Assembly (NCBI GenBank): GCA_902523065.1
Contig: CABYXZ010000001.1
Coordinates: 194,473 to 258,472, forward strand
DNA: 64,000 nucleotides
From: an uncultured Marinoscillum sp.
GTDB taxonomy: Bacteria > Bacteroidota > Bacteroidia > Cytophagales > MED-G16
Reading direction: 5' to 3'
In this document: positions 1-9,382 of the stretch, in pieces
Layout: the number at the start of each line of letters is the position of its first letter
Position numbering within the stretch: position 1 is the stretch's first letter
Notes under the pieces: model-generated
What the model was told of the DNA's origin: nothing
Seen by the model: only the letters and a program-made list of their open reading frames with translations
The model's database searches: none
Program-made: the position numbers and the translations under genes

Positions 1-573
1 AAATTCAGTGTTCACCAACCCAGGACTTACTTGAGAAACTTTAATATTATATTTATTTAAATCTAGTCTCATTCCTTTAGTTATTGCATCAACTGCAAAT
101 TTAGATGCGCAATAAACGTTTCCTTTCTGATATACTTCAGAGCCAGCAATAGAACCAAGATTAATGATATGACCTTTTCTCCTTTTAATCATAAGATCTA
201 AAACAATTTTAGATATGTATAAAAGACCTTTAACGTTTATATCTATCATCTTATCCCAATCATTAGTATCTCCGTCCTGAATATAATCTAAGCCGTGAGC
301 ATTCCCAGCATTGTTAATTAAAATATCAATTTCTTTCCATTTTGATTCAAGAGTTTGGAATGCGTCCCTAACTTGATTTTTATCAGAAATATCAAAGTTT
401 AAGATTTTAATATTTGAAATTGAAGATAGTTCGTTTTTAATTTTATTTAGATTCTCCAATCGTCTTCCACAAATTATCAGATCATTCTCTTTTGCAAGAA
501 TTCTAGTTGTAGCTTTACCGATTCCAGATGTTGATCCAGTGATTAATATTTTCTTTCTGTTATTTTGGTCCAC
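1..573 (-). CDS. SDR family NAD(P)-dependent oxidoreductase (YdfG-like), 3' end runs off the window
   Basis: Not in the ORF track; read by hand from a GTG at 573-571: (M)DQNNRKKILITGSTSGIGKA...IDILINNAG...NVYCASKFAV. It has the TGxxxGIG, NNAG and YxxxK motifs. The start overlaps the end of porT. Confidence 0.9.
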   Translation of the reverse strand, partial: MDQNNRKKILITGSTSGIGKATTRILAKENDLIICGRRLENLNKIKNELSSISNIKILNFDISDKNQVRDAFQTLESKWKEIDILINNAGNAHGLDYIQDGDTNDWDKMIDINVKGLLYISKIVLDLMIKRRKGHIINLGSIAGSEVYQKGNVYCASKFAVDAITKGMRLDLNKYNIKVSQVSPGLVNTEF

Positions 574-1264
574 CCTCAAAAGTAAGGAAAAATGATATAT
601 TATGAATAATGATTTTGTCTATCGGGAGATTATATTCATTCCTCGAATTATCATTAATCATATTAAATAAACCTCTCGAATATCTTATTTCTGGAGATAA
701 CTTAAATAAAGGGAAAAATAAATCAGCACCAAAACCAATTTCTAAAGAAACATCAAATGCCCTCAATTCAAGAATATCTTTTCCAGCTTCATCTTTATTT
801 TTTGCTCCAATCTCTAAACTTGGTTTTATACCTCCAATAATAAACATTCTACTATTTTTCCTTCTCTTGGATTTATACTTTATAAGTATTGGACTCTCTA
901 AAAATGTTGCAGGTCTAACATCTGAAAATACTGTACCATCATCATACAAGTAATCAACTTTGAATTCTTGAAAAGATACTTGGAGTAATGTCCTTAAATC
1001 AAAAGGATAGTATATGCTGAAATCTGATATAAAACCAAGTTTGAAACCTGGACTAACATCAGGAAGAATGCTATGTAAATTTGAATAATTAGATGAAGAA
1101 AAAACTGAAGAATATTCAAGTCTATAATATGAAGAGTGTGCGCCCAACAAGAAACCATAATGAACTTTAGTGTCATCGTAACCACTTAGATTAAATGTTG
1201 ACGACTGAGAGAAAGTATCAAAATAAATAATAAATAATAAAAAAACAGTAAAGCTTTTTTTCAT
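560..1264 (-). CDS. porT: PorT-family outer-membrane beta-barrel protein (T9SS component)
   Basis: Signal peptide, N-terminal YDDxxxHYGFLLG, and LGFGxDxFFPLFKLSPEIRYSRGLxN near the C-terminus, typical of PorT/SprT. Confidence 0.8.
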   Translation of the reverse strand: MKKSFTVFLLFIIYFDTFSQSSTFNLSGYDDTKVHYGFLLGAHSSYYRLEYSSVFSSSNYSNLHSILPDVSPGFKLGFISDFSIYYPFDLRTLLQVSFQEFKVDYLYDDGTVFSDVRPATFLESPILIKYKSKRRKNSRMFIIGGIKPSLEIGAKNKDEAGKDILELRAFDVSLEIGFGADLFFPLFKLSPEIRYSRGLFNMINDNSRNEYNLPIDKIIIHNISFFLTFEGGPK

Positions 1265-1330
1265 TTTTCTATTCTAATATACTACCTAAACTCTAAAAAT
1301 GAATTTAAATTGCAATTTGGAATATATTAA

Positions 1331-1936
1331 ATGAAAATCAAAACAACTCAATTTATTAAAAGCAGTACCTCATTAGAGGAATGTCCAAAAGGAGATTTTC
1401 CTGAATTTGTTTTTTTTGGAAGATCGAATGTGGGTAAATCAACTCTAATAAATGCGATAACAAATAATCAAAAATTATCTAAAATATCCTCTAAACCGGG
1501 TAAAACTCAACTCATAAATCACTTTTTAATCAATGAAAGTTTCTACTTAGTTGATTTACCAGGTTATGGCTGGGCAAAAACTAGTAAAGAAAATAGAATA
1601 AAATGGGATAGAATGTCAAAAGATTTTTTGGTTAAATCTCATAAGTTGGCCTTATTATTTATTTTAATAGATGTACGTCTAAAACCTCAAAAAATAGACT
1701 TAGAAAATATTAATTACTTAGGAAAAAATAATGTGCCTTTAAATTTAATTTTTACTAAATGTGATAAAGTAAAAAAAGAGGAATTGAAAATTAATGTAGA
1801 TTCATTTATAAATCAAATTTTAGATTCATGGGAGGATGTACCAAAATATTTTATAACCTCTTCTACAAAAAGAGTTGGTATAGATGATATATTAAGCCAA
1901 ATAAGTGACACAATAAATTCAATTACTAAAAAATGA
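1331..1936 (+). CDS. yihA: Ribosome biogenesis GTP-binding protein YihA/YsxC
   Basis: GRSNVGKS P-loop, SSKPGKTQLIN, DLPGYG and TKCDK motifs. Confidence 0.95.
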   Translation: MKIKTTQFIKSSTSLEECPKGDFPEFVFFGRSNVGKSTLINAITNNQKLSKISSKPGKTQLINHFLINESFYLVDLPGYGWAKTSKENRIKWDRMSKDFLVKSHKLALLFILIDVRLKPQKIDLENINYLGKNNVPLNLIFTKCDKVKKEELKINVDSFINQILDSWEDVPKYFITSSTKRVGIDDILSQISDTINSITKK

Positions 1937-3159
1937 AGTTGATGTATGAGCTAGCAATCAAACTTATAGATATATATATTCTTATATCTTCTTTATTCAA
2001 TAAAAAATTAAAAAGAATTTATGAAGGAAGAAAAGATACCTTTAAATACATTGATGAAAATATTGATATTCAAAAAAAAAATATACTTATCCATGTATCG
2101 TCTGTTGGTGAGTTTGAGCAAGCAAAACCAATTATTGATGGACTTAGATCATTAAATAAATTTGAAATTATTGTTTCTTTTTTTTCTTCATCACTTGAAA
2201 ATAAAGTCAAGGAAGATAAATCTGTTCATCATAGTTTTTACCTTCCATCCGATTCAAAAAAAAATATGGAACTCTTGCTAGAAAAAATAAATCCTGTAAT
2301 CTTATTGCTCATAAAGTATGAATATTGGAGAAATTTAATTTTGTTAACAAATAAAAAAAGTATTCCAATAATTTCAGTTTCTTCAATTTTTAGAAAAAGT
2401 CAATTTTATGTTCCTTTATACAGTTCTTTCTTTATAAATACTTTAAAAAAAATTAATCTTTTTTTAGTACAAAATAATGATTCAGTTAACCTTCTAAAAA
2501 AAAATAATATTACTCGTGTAAAAAAAGTTGGAGATACTAGGTTTGATAGAGTACTAAAAATTTATAATGATTCAAAAAAATATCCTCTTGTAGAACAGTT
2601 CAAAAAAAATAAAAAAACTGTTATGATTGGAAGCTCATGGAAAAGTGATATAGATAAATTAAAAAATGAGATTTTAAGAGACTTAACTGATACTAAATAT
2701 ATAATTGTCCCCCATGAAATTAATGACTATAATATCAAGTATATAGAAAATATATTTATTAACGACACAATAAAATACTCTGAACTCCCCCAAAAAATTA
2801 TAAAAAAAAGAATACTAATAATAGATAAGTTTGGTTTGCTATCATCACTATATAAGTATTGTGATGTTGCATTTATCGGAGGTGGATTTAGAGGTGCATT
2901 ACACAACACTCTAGAGGCAGCGGTTTGGGATCTGCCAATTATTTATGGAAAAAATAATAACAACAAAAAGTTTAATGAAATTTCTCATCTAGAAAATCTA
3001 AGAATTGGTTTTCCTATTACGAGTGGAAATGAATTTAAATTGCTAATTAATAGAATAGTTAAATATGGAGATATTGGATCAGGAGGGAATAAATTTATAT
3101 TAAAAAACTCTGGAGCTACAGATAAAATAATTAGAGAAACCATAAATCTTATTAAATGA
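1933..3159 (+). CDS. waaA: 3-deoxy-D-manno-octulosonic acid (Kdo) transferase
   Basis: IHVSSVGEFEQ, LIKYEYW, GDTRFDRV and GGGFxxALHNTLEAA motifs. Confidence 0.9.
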   Translation: MKLMYELAIKLIDIYILISSLFNKKLKRIYEGRKDTFKYIDENIDIQKKNILIHVSSVGEFEQAKPIIDGLRSLNKFEIIVSFFSSSLENKVKEDKSVHHSFYLPSDSKKNMELLLEKINPVILLLIKYEYWRNLILLTNKKSIPIISVSSIFRKSQFYVPLYSSFFINTLKKINLFLVQNNDSVNLLKKNNITRVKKVGDTRFDRVLKIYNDSKKYPLVEQFKKNKKTVMIGSSWKSDIDKLKNEILRDLTDTKYIIVPHEINDYNIKYIENIFINDTIKYSELPQKIIKKRILIIDKFGLLSSLYKYCDVAFIGGGFRGALHNTLEAAVWDLPIIYGKNNNNKKFNEISHLENLRIGFPITSGNEFKLLINRIVKYGDIGSGGNKFILKNSGATDKIIRETINLIK

Positions 3160-4049
3160 TTGGTTTAGTTATAAAATCTACAGGCAAAAATTCATTAGTG
3201 AAAGCTAAAAATAAAGTTTACAAATGCACCTTAAGAGGAAACTTTAGACTAGAAAATAATTTCTCAAATCCAATTGTCTCAGGGGATTTAGTTAAAATTG
3301 AAATAGTCAATAATGAAAACGGTATAATAACCGAGATATTCGAGAGAGAGAACTTATTCATAAAAAAATCTTTAAAAGATAATAAGGCACACGTTGTTGG
3401 ATCAAATATTGATCAAATTCTGATCATTTGCAGTTTTAAAAAACCATATACAAAACTTATTTTTATTGATAAATGTATATCAGCTGCTAATTTTTATAAT
3501 ATAAAACCAATTATAGTTTTTAATAAAATAGACCTTCTAAATCCTGAAGAAGTTAATAAATTAAAAGAAATTGAAAAAAAATACTCCTCTATTGGAATAA
3601 ATTTCTGTAAAATATCAGCAACTGATAGATTTAATCTTGAGGTAGTGAATAAATTATTAAAAAATAAAAAAACTTTATTTATAGGAAATTCAGGGGTTGG
3701 GAAGTCAACAATAATTAATCTAATTTCAAAATCAAATCAAAAAATTGATAGTCTTTCATCAAAAACAGGAAGAGGAAAACAAACTACAACATTTTCAGAA
3801 ATTTTTGAAATTGATTCAAAAAGTTTAATTGTAGATTCACCAGGTTTCAAAGATTTTTATTTTTACGATATTGAAAAAGAAGATGTAAAATATTTATTTA
3901 AAGAATTTATCGAAATACAAAAAAATTGTAAATTCAATAACTGTCTTCATCTAAATGAGCCTAACTGTGAAATAAAAAAAAATATTGGTAATAAAATATG
4001 GAGTAAAAGATTCAGTAGTTATTTATCAATAATTAAAGAACTTAGCTAG
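3156..4049 (+). CDS. rsgA: Ribosome small subunit-dependent GTPase A
   Basis: Circularly permuted GTPase: NKID, GNSGVGKS, GRGKQTTT, DSPG, plus the C-terminal Zn knuckle CKFNNCLHLNEPNC. Confidence 0.92.
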   Translation: MIGLVIKSTGKNSLVKAKNKVYKCTLRGNFRLENNFSNPIVSGDLVKIEIVNNENGIITEIFERENLFIKKSLKDNKAHVVGSNIDQILIICSFKKPYTKLIFIDKCISAANFYNIKPIIVFNKIDLLNPEEVNKLKEIEKKYSSIGINFCKISATDRFNLEVVNKLLKNKKTLFIGNSGVGKSTIINLISKSNQKIDSLSSKTGRGKQTTTFSEIFEIDSKSLIVDSPGFKDFYFYDIEKEDVKYLFKEFIEIQKNCKFNNCLHLNEPNCEIKKNIGNKIWSKRFSSYLSIIKELS

Positions 4050-5484
4050 CTAATTTTTTAATTCTAATTTTAAGAAAAGCAAAAATAATTGTCATAATAG
4101 GACTTATCAGACTAAAAAAACAAAAAGGTAAATAAGTCACCGTAGCTACATTTAAAACAGATGCATGATATGCACCACAAGTGTTCCATGGTACAAGAAC
4201 AGAAGTAACCGTGCCACTATCCTCAAGGGTTCTACTTAAATTTTCAGGAGCAAGACCCTTTTCTTTATAGATTTTAGAATACATTTTACCTGGGACCACA
4301 ATCGATAAGTACTGATCAGAAGCTGTAAGATTAAAAAATATACATGTACCTGCAGTTGATGTTACAATTGATGCATGTGAACTAACCTTACTTAATATTA
4401 CTGATGATATTTTCTTTAAAAACCCAGAGCTTTCCATTACCCCTCCAAAAATCATGGCAGAAATAACAAGCCAAATAGTATCTAACATACCAGACATACC
4501 ACCAGATGATAAAAGTTCAGTAAACATCTCATCAGAGGTTAATATGTTTACATTTCCATATAGAGATATCATTGATCCAATAAAAAGATCTCTCCAATCC
4601 CCGTAAGTATTACCAGAAATTTCCACTAAAAGTTCAGATTGAAAAATTAATGCAAATAATGAACCAAGAATGACACCAATAAATAGAGCTGGTGCTGCCT
4701 TAATTTTCTTGTATATCATAAAAATAACAACTAGTGGAACGACAAAAAGTATTGGAGATATAAAAAATTTCTCTTTTATAATAAGTGAAATATTAAGAGA
4801 ATTCTCTACAATTTGACCGGAATTCAAATTAAAACCTATGAAAGTAAATATTAGAAGACAAATAATAATTGAAGGAAGTGCTGTCAATGATAAATATCTT
4901 ATATGAGAAAATAAATCACTACCAGAAACAGCAGGTGCTAAATTGGTTGTGTCAGAAAGTGGTGACATTTTATCGCCAAAATATGCACCTGAAAGGATTG
5001 CTCCAGCAATAATACCCTCTGAAATATTTAGAGCTTTACCAATACCAATTAGTGCGATACCAATTGTGGCTGATGTAGTCCATGAGCTTCCAGTTGCCAT
5101 CGAGACAATAATACAAATTATACATGCAGCAAGTAAAAAAATCTCTGGATTAAGTATTTTAATACCATAATAAATCATTGCTGGGACTACGCCACTGACC
5201 ATCCAAGATCCTGCCAAGGAACCAACAAGAAATAAAATTAATATGGACGGAAGAGCAGATTTAATACTTTTAACAATTCCCTCTTGAATTTCATTCCATG
5301 AAAAACCAACATTAAAAGCAATGACTGATGCAAATGCAGAAGATAGGAAAAGAACAATTTGAATACTACCGCTCAATGAATCACCCTTGAATATTGAGAC
5401 ATTAATTGCAAGCAATACAACTAAAAAAAATAGTGGCAAAATTGACTGTAAAAATGATGGATTATTTTTTCTATTAGAAACCAT
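4042..5484 (-). CDS. nhaC: NhaC-family Na+/H+ antiporter / solute transporter
   Basis: Polytopic membrane protein with GSSWTTSATIG, SGAYFGDKMSPLSDTTNLA and LSRTLEDSGT motifs. Confidence 0.85.
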   Translation of the reverse strand: MVSNRKNNPSFLQSILPLFFLVVLLAINVSIFKGDSLSGSIQIVLFLSSAFASVIAFNVGFSWNEIQEGIVKSIKSALPSILILFLVGSLAGSWMVSGVVPAMIYYGIKILNPEIFLLAACIICIIVSMATGSSWTTSATIGIALIGIGKALNISEGIIAGAILSGAYFGDKMSPLSDTTNLAPAVSGSDLFSHIRYLSLTALPSIIICLLIFTFIGFNLNSGQIVENSLNISLIIKEKFFISPILFVVPLVVIFMIYKKIKAAPALFIGVILGSLFALIFQSELLVEISGNTYGDWRDLFIGSMISLYGNVNILTSDEMFTELLSSGGMSGMLDTIWLVISAMIFGGVMESSGFLKKISSVILSKVSSHASIVTSTAGTCIFFNLTASDQYLSIVVPGKMYSKIYKEKGLAPENLSRTLEDSGTVTSVLVPWNTCGAYHASVLNVATVTYLPFCFFSLISPIMTIIFAFLKIRIKKLAS

Positions 5485-5547
5485 TAAACTTTTCTTAAAA
5501 TATATAGTAAACTTAATTAATAAAAATTATTATAGCTTTTTGATATA

Positions 5548-6798
5548 ATGAATAATATAAATTCTGAGTTAACAAGATTAATAGAAAATCAGAAGGATAA
5601 TTTTCCTTTAGAACAAAAATTTTTTACTGATAAACAAATTTTTGAGGAAGACTTTAAACATATATTTTCTAATCAATGGGTATTTATTGGTCACATCTCT
5701 AGAATTCCCAATAAAGGTGATTTCTTCATAACTGAAATTGCTAATGAATCCATTATCGTAGTAAGAGATAGAGGAGGTGATATAAATTGTTTTTATAACG
5801 TGTGTAGACATAGAGGGTCTCATATTTGTACAAAAACTGAAGGCTCACTAAGAAAGCTTGTTTGTCCATACCATGCATGGACATATAACCTTGATGGTTC
5901 TTTAAGTAATGCAAGTATGATGGATGATAATTTTAAAAAAGAAGAATGGAGTTTAATAAAATGTAATAAAAATATATTTGAAGGTTTAATTTTTATTAAT
6001 CTATCAAATAAACCATCTGATTTTAATGAGTTCATAAGTCCGTTAAAACCCTTTATTTCATTACACGGCTTAGGGAAATCAAAAATTGCTTTAAGAAAAG
6101 TATATGAAATAGAAGGTAACTGGAAATTGGCACTGGATAATTTTCATGAGTGTTATCATTGTCACCCATCTCATCCTGAATATTGTGATGTTCATTCAAA
6201 AGATTATATTCAGTCATATGGCGCAGGAAGTAATACTGGTCCTGAATCCTTGAGTTTTAAAATACTATTAAACGACTGGAATAAAAAAGTTGATAAGCTT
6301 GGATATTTTAGGGGCGAATACTCAGAAAACAAATTTTCAAACTTCTATAGAAGTGCTGAAAGAACACCTTTTAGTGGTGGGAGATTATCTGAAACAAAAT
6401 CTGGTGAACCTGCATCAAAGTTAATGGGAAAGTTTAAAGAATACGATGGAGGATATACCACAATCGGTCCCTCACCTTTTAATAGTTTAATAATGTCAAA
6501 CGATTTTGCAACCTGCTTTACATTCTTACCAAAAGAAACACTAAAAACTGTTGTTGAATTAATGTGGTTAGTTGATGAGTCAGCTATTGAAGGGGTTGAT
6601 TACGAAAAAGATAATATATCATGGTTATGGCATGAGACTACACTTGCTGATAAAAGAATAATTGAGGATAATCAGAAGGGAGTATTATCAAAAGAATATT
6701 CTCCTGGGCCTTTATCAAAGATGGAGATTGGTCTTGAAAAATTTAAGAATTGGTACCTTGAAATTCTAAAAAAATCAATTAATCAACCTAGTTATTAA
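5548..6798 (+). CDS. Rieske non-heme iron oxygenase alpha subunit, GbcA/Stc2-like (putative N-methyl demethylase)
   Basis: Rieske ligands CRHRG...CPYHAW and mononuclear Fe site NWKLALDNFHECYHCHPSHPE. The C-terminal EGVDYE...DKRIIEDNQKG...YSPGPLS resembles the betaine/stachydrine demethylase subfamily. Confidence 0.85.
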   Translation: MNNINSELTRLIENQKDNFPLEQKFFTDKQIFEEDFKHIFSNQWVFIGHISRIPNKGDFFITEIANESIIVVRDRGGDINCFYNVCRHRGSHICTKTEGSLRKLVCPYHAWTYNLDGSLSNASMMDDNFKKEEWSLIKCNKNIFEGLIFINLSNKPSDFNEFISPLKPFISLHGLGKSKIALRKVYEIEGNWKLALDNFHECYHCHPSHPEYCDVHSKDYIQSYGAGSNTGPESLSFKILLNDWNKKVDKLGYFRGEYSENKFSNFYRSAERTPFSGGRLSETKSGEPASKLMGKFKEYDGGYTTIGPSPFNSLIMSNDFATCFTFLPKETLKTVVELMWLVDESAIEGVDYEKDNISWLWHETTLADKRIIEDNQKGVLSKEYSPGPLSKMEIGLEKFKNWYLEILKKSINQPSY

Positions 6799-8296
6799 TT
6801 ATATTTTTGAAGCACATATATCCTGCGGTACCTGCAACACTTCCGCAAGGGTAAGAACCTGCCCCACAATAAAAAATATCCTTCATATTTCCATAGCTAT
6901 AGAAGCTGCCATCAATTTTTGAAAATGTTCTTTTATCAAAATTTTGACCTTCGGTAAGCATCATATGATCAATGTTACCCTCAGGAAAATAGAATTGTTC
7001 ATTCATATCCTTAGGAGTTAAAAATACACTTCCTATACAGTCCTCAGGATTTGATATGTACTTAAAAACTTTATTTTTAATTTCTTCATGTATATGAGGT
7101 AATTCTTCTCCTTTTTTATCATAAGATAAATTTTTAGTAAAAAAAATTAATTTATCAAATGGCTCATCATTTCCTAATTTTCTCTGACCTGCTCCCTCAC
7201 AATAGACTTGAATGTAACCAGGTTCGTAATCTTTTAAACCATTTAAAGTATTTTGAGACTTAATCTCAAAATCATCTAAATTATCAACTGAGAAAATAAA
7301 TCTAAAGGATGAGAGAGAATCATCATTATCACTATGATTAACCCATCTAACTTTATTTTTAAAAAATGCAGTTACCTTTCCACTAGTGCCTGTATACTTT
7401 CTTTTTATAATTGATTTTTTCAGAGATTCGTTATCAATATATTTCATGGGAGAAACTGGATCAGTAGCAAAAATTAATATATCGTAATCAAAACTCTTCC
7501 CATCATTCAACATAACCTTTTTTCTTTCTCTGTCAATAGATTTAATTACAGATGAGGTATTAATTTCAATACCGATTGATTCATTTAACAGTCCAAGTTC
7601 TTCAGTAACTTGCCATATACCATGTTTCACATATCCCCAGTAACCACCAAAAACTGATCCGGAGTCCATTAATGGGATAATAAATGCCGAACCCTCTGAA
7701 TCAATTGATTCAGGGCTACTCTCGATGACAGTCATTCCCATATATAACTTAGTTTTTTCAGATGTAAAGTAATAATCAAGTAGATTTCTAGCAGTACCTC
7801 TTATCCAAAGTTGTGCTAAATCTTCACCTAAAACTTTAGAGGCTTTATGAAAAGAAGGTGCCTCTCCTTTTAAATATCCTTCTTGAATATATTTGATCAC
7901 CCTGTTTTCATCTTCTCTAAACTCTTTAACTCTACCTCTTTCTCCAACTTTGTCATACAGCTCTTTTTCTAATCGGTTAGGATCCTTATATATATTTATC
8001 TCAGTATTATCATTTTCGAAATAAACAATCTTTTGATATTCAGGAGAGTAGATCTTTAATTTATTTGATAAGCCGGTGTCATTAAAAATAAAATCAGGCA
8101 TCATCCCTAACACTGTTGCCCCCTTTGCAAAATCTATATTCTTATTATCAATTTTTATTTTGTCAAAAGTACAAGCACCGCCTATTTTACTTGATTTCTC
8201 TATGATTTTGACATCATAATTATTTTTTTGTAGGTAATTTGAAAGAACTAAACCATTTACTCCAGCACCTATAACAACTGCTTTTTTTTTACTCAT
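6788..8296 (-). CDS. FAD-dependent oxidoreductase, phytoene dehydrogenase-like (COG1233 / PYROXD2 / CrtO type)
   Basis: N-terminal VIGAGVNGLV...EKxxxxGG dinucleotide fold, GYVKHGIW, GNIDH, and C-terminal FYCGAGSYPCGSVAGTAGY. Confidence 0.8.
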   Translation of the reverse strand: MSKKKAVVIGAGVNGLVLSNYLQKNNYDVKIIEKSSKIGGACTFDKIKIDNKNIDFAKGATVLGMMPDFIFNDTGLSNKLKIYSPEYQKIVYFENDNTEINIYKDPNRLEKELYDKVGERGRVKEFREDENRVIKYIQEGYLKGEAPSFHKASKVLGEDLAQLWIRGTARNLLDYYFTSEKTKLYMGMTVIESSPESIDSEGSAFIIPLMDSGSVFGGYWGYVKHGIWQVTEELGLLNESIGIEINTSSVIKSIDRERKKVMLNDGKSFDYDILIFATDPVSPMKYIDNESLKKSIIKRKYTGTSGKVTAFFKNKVRWVNHSDNDDSLSSFRFIFSVDNLDDFEIKSQNTLNGLKDYEPGYIQVYCEGAGQRKLGNDEPFDKLIFFTKNLSYDKKGEELPHIHEEIKNKVFKYISNPEDCIGSVFLTPKDMNEQFYFPEGNIDHMMLTEGQNFDKRTFSKIDGSFYSYGNMKDIFYCGAGSYPCGSVAGTAGYMCFKNIINN

Positions 8297-8301
8297 TTTA
8301 A

Positions 8302-9382
8302 CTATTTACTCATCAAGAGAAATCCTTTTATAAAATCATTAATATCACCATCTAATACGTTATTTACGTCTCCACGTTCTATATTAGTTCTAACATCTTT
8401 AATCATTTTATATGGATGAAGCACATAATTTCTTATTTGGGATCCAAAATCAATTTTTAACTTTTTACTATCCCTTTCATCTTTCTCTTTATTTACTTTC
8501 TCAAGTTCTATTTGATATAATTTAGACTTTAACATTTTCATAGCCTTTTCCTTATTTAATATCTGACTTCGTTCTTGTTGACATTCAATTATTAATCCTG
8601 ATGATTTATGTTTTAATCTAACTGCTGATTCAATTTTATTCACACTTTGTCCTCCAGCTCCGCTAGCTCTAAAAGTCTCCCACGATATCTCAGATTGATC
8701 TATATTTATTTCTATAGTTTCATCAACCTCAGGATATGCGAAAACCGAAGCAAATGATGTATGTCTTCTTGCTCCAGAATCAAAAGGAGATATTCTAACT
8801 AGTCTATGGACGCCAATCTCAGACTTTAAATTTCCATACGCAAAATCTCCTTCGATACCTATAATAGCAGATTTAATTCCTGCGGTATCTCCTGGCTGAA
8901 CATTAACTTTTTTAACATTAAAATTTTGTGATTCAGCCCACATCACATACATTCTCATAAGAATACTAGCCCAGTCTTGACTTTCCGTTCCTCCTGCCCC
9001 AGGATTGATTTCAATTATGGCATTCATTTGATCTTCTTTACTTGAAAGCATCTTCTTAAATTCCAGCGATTCAAGTAATTTCAAAACCTTCTTATATTCT
9101 TTTTCTATCTCCTCCTCCCCAATCTCTCCTTCAATGAAAAACTCGTGAAGCGTTTCTAAATCTGAAAGAGCAATATCTAATTTGTCAAATGATTCGATCC
9201 ATAAATTGTTAGAACTGATCTCTTTGAGAATTTTTTCAGCATTTTCCTTATTATCCCAGAAACCCTCTCCTGAACTAATTTTCTGCTTTTCTTTAACAAT
9301 ATTTTTTTTATTGTCGTAGTCAAAGATAACCTCTTAAAGCAGAGGTTCGCTTTTTAATGTTATTTATTTGTTCTAGGTTCAT
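8302..9382 (-). CDS. prfB: Peptide chain release factor 2, expressed by programmed +1 frameshift (359 aa)
   Basis: ATG at 9382-9380 gives MNLEQINNIKKRTSALRGYL, then CTT TGA C. The +1 frame continues DYDNKKN... into the tracked ORF with SPF and GGQ motifs. Total length is 1081 = 3n+1. Confidence 0.96.
9319..9334 (-). promoter_or_regulatory. prfB programmed +1 frameshift site with internal SD-like element
   Basis: The minus strand reads AGAGGT TAT CTT TGA C, the canonical RF2 autoregulatory cassette. Confidence 0.95.

Noticed and set aside
609-953. Longer antisense or alternate-frame ORFs (609-953, 36609-36929, 49427-49756, 59000-59281 and others)
   Set aside because: All lie wholly within well-supported genes and have the Ile/Leu/Ser/Phe-rich composition typical of reverse-frame shadows.
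1307-1318. Palindrome AAATTGCAATTT between porT and yihA, with a similar TTAATTGCAATTAA at 58827-58840
   Set aside because: These are short and AT-rich, and the second lies in coding sequence at a stop-codon overlap. I cannot distinguish them from chance without a background model.
2072-2081. A10/T10 homopolymers in waaA and leuB (41027-41036) as phase-variation sites
   Set aside because: Both reading frames are intact, the genes are housekeeping, and such runs are common at this AT content.
4042-4053. Palindromes at convergent junctions (TTAGCTAGCTAA, TTAATTAA, TTAA)
   Set aside because: They are an expected by-product of stop codons on both strands and are too short and AT-rich to be terminators or binding sites.
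6788-8296. Calling the flavoprotein crtI or crtO
   Set aside because: There are no carotenoid genes nearby, and the family motifs alone do not establish the substrate.
8302-9084. prfB appearing as a truncated 260-aa ORF or pseudogene
   Set aside because: It is explained by the canonical programmed +1 frameshift, so the gene is intact.
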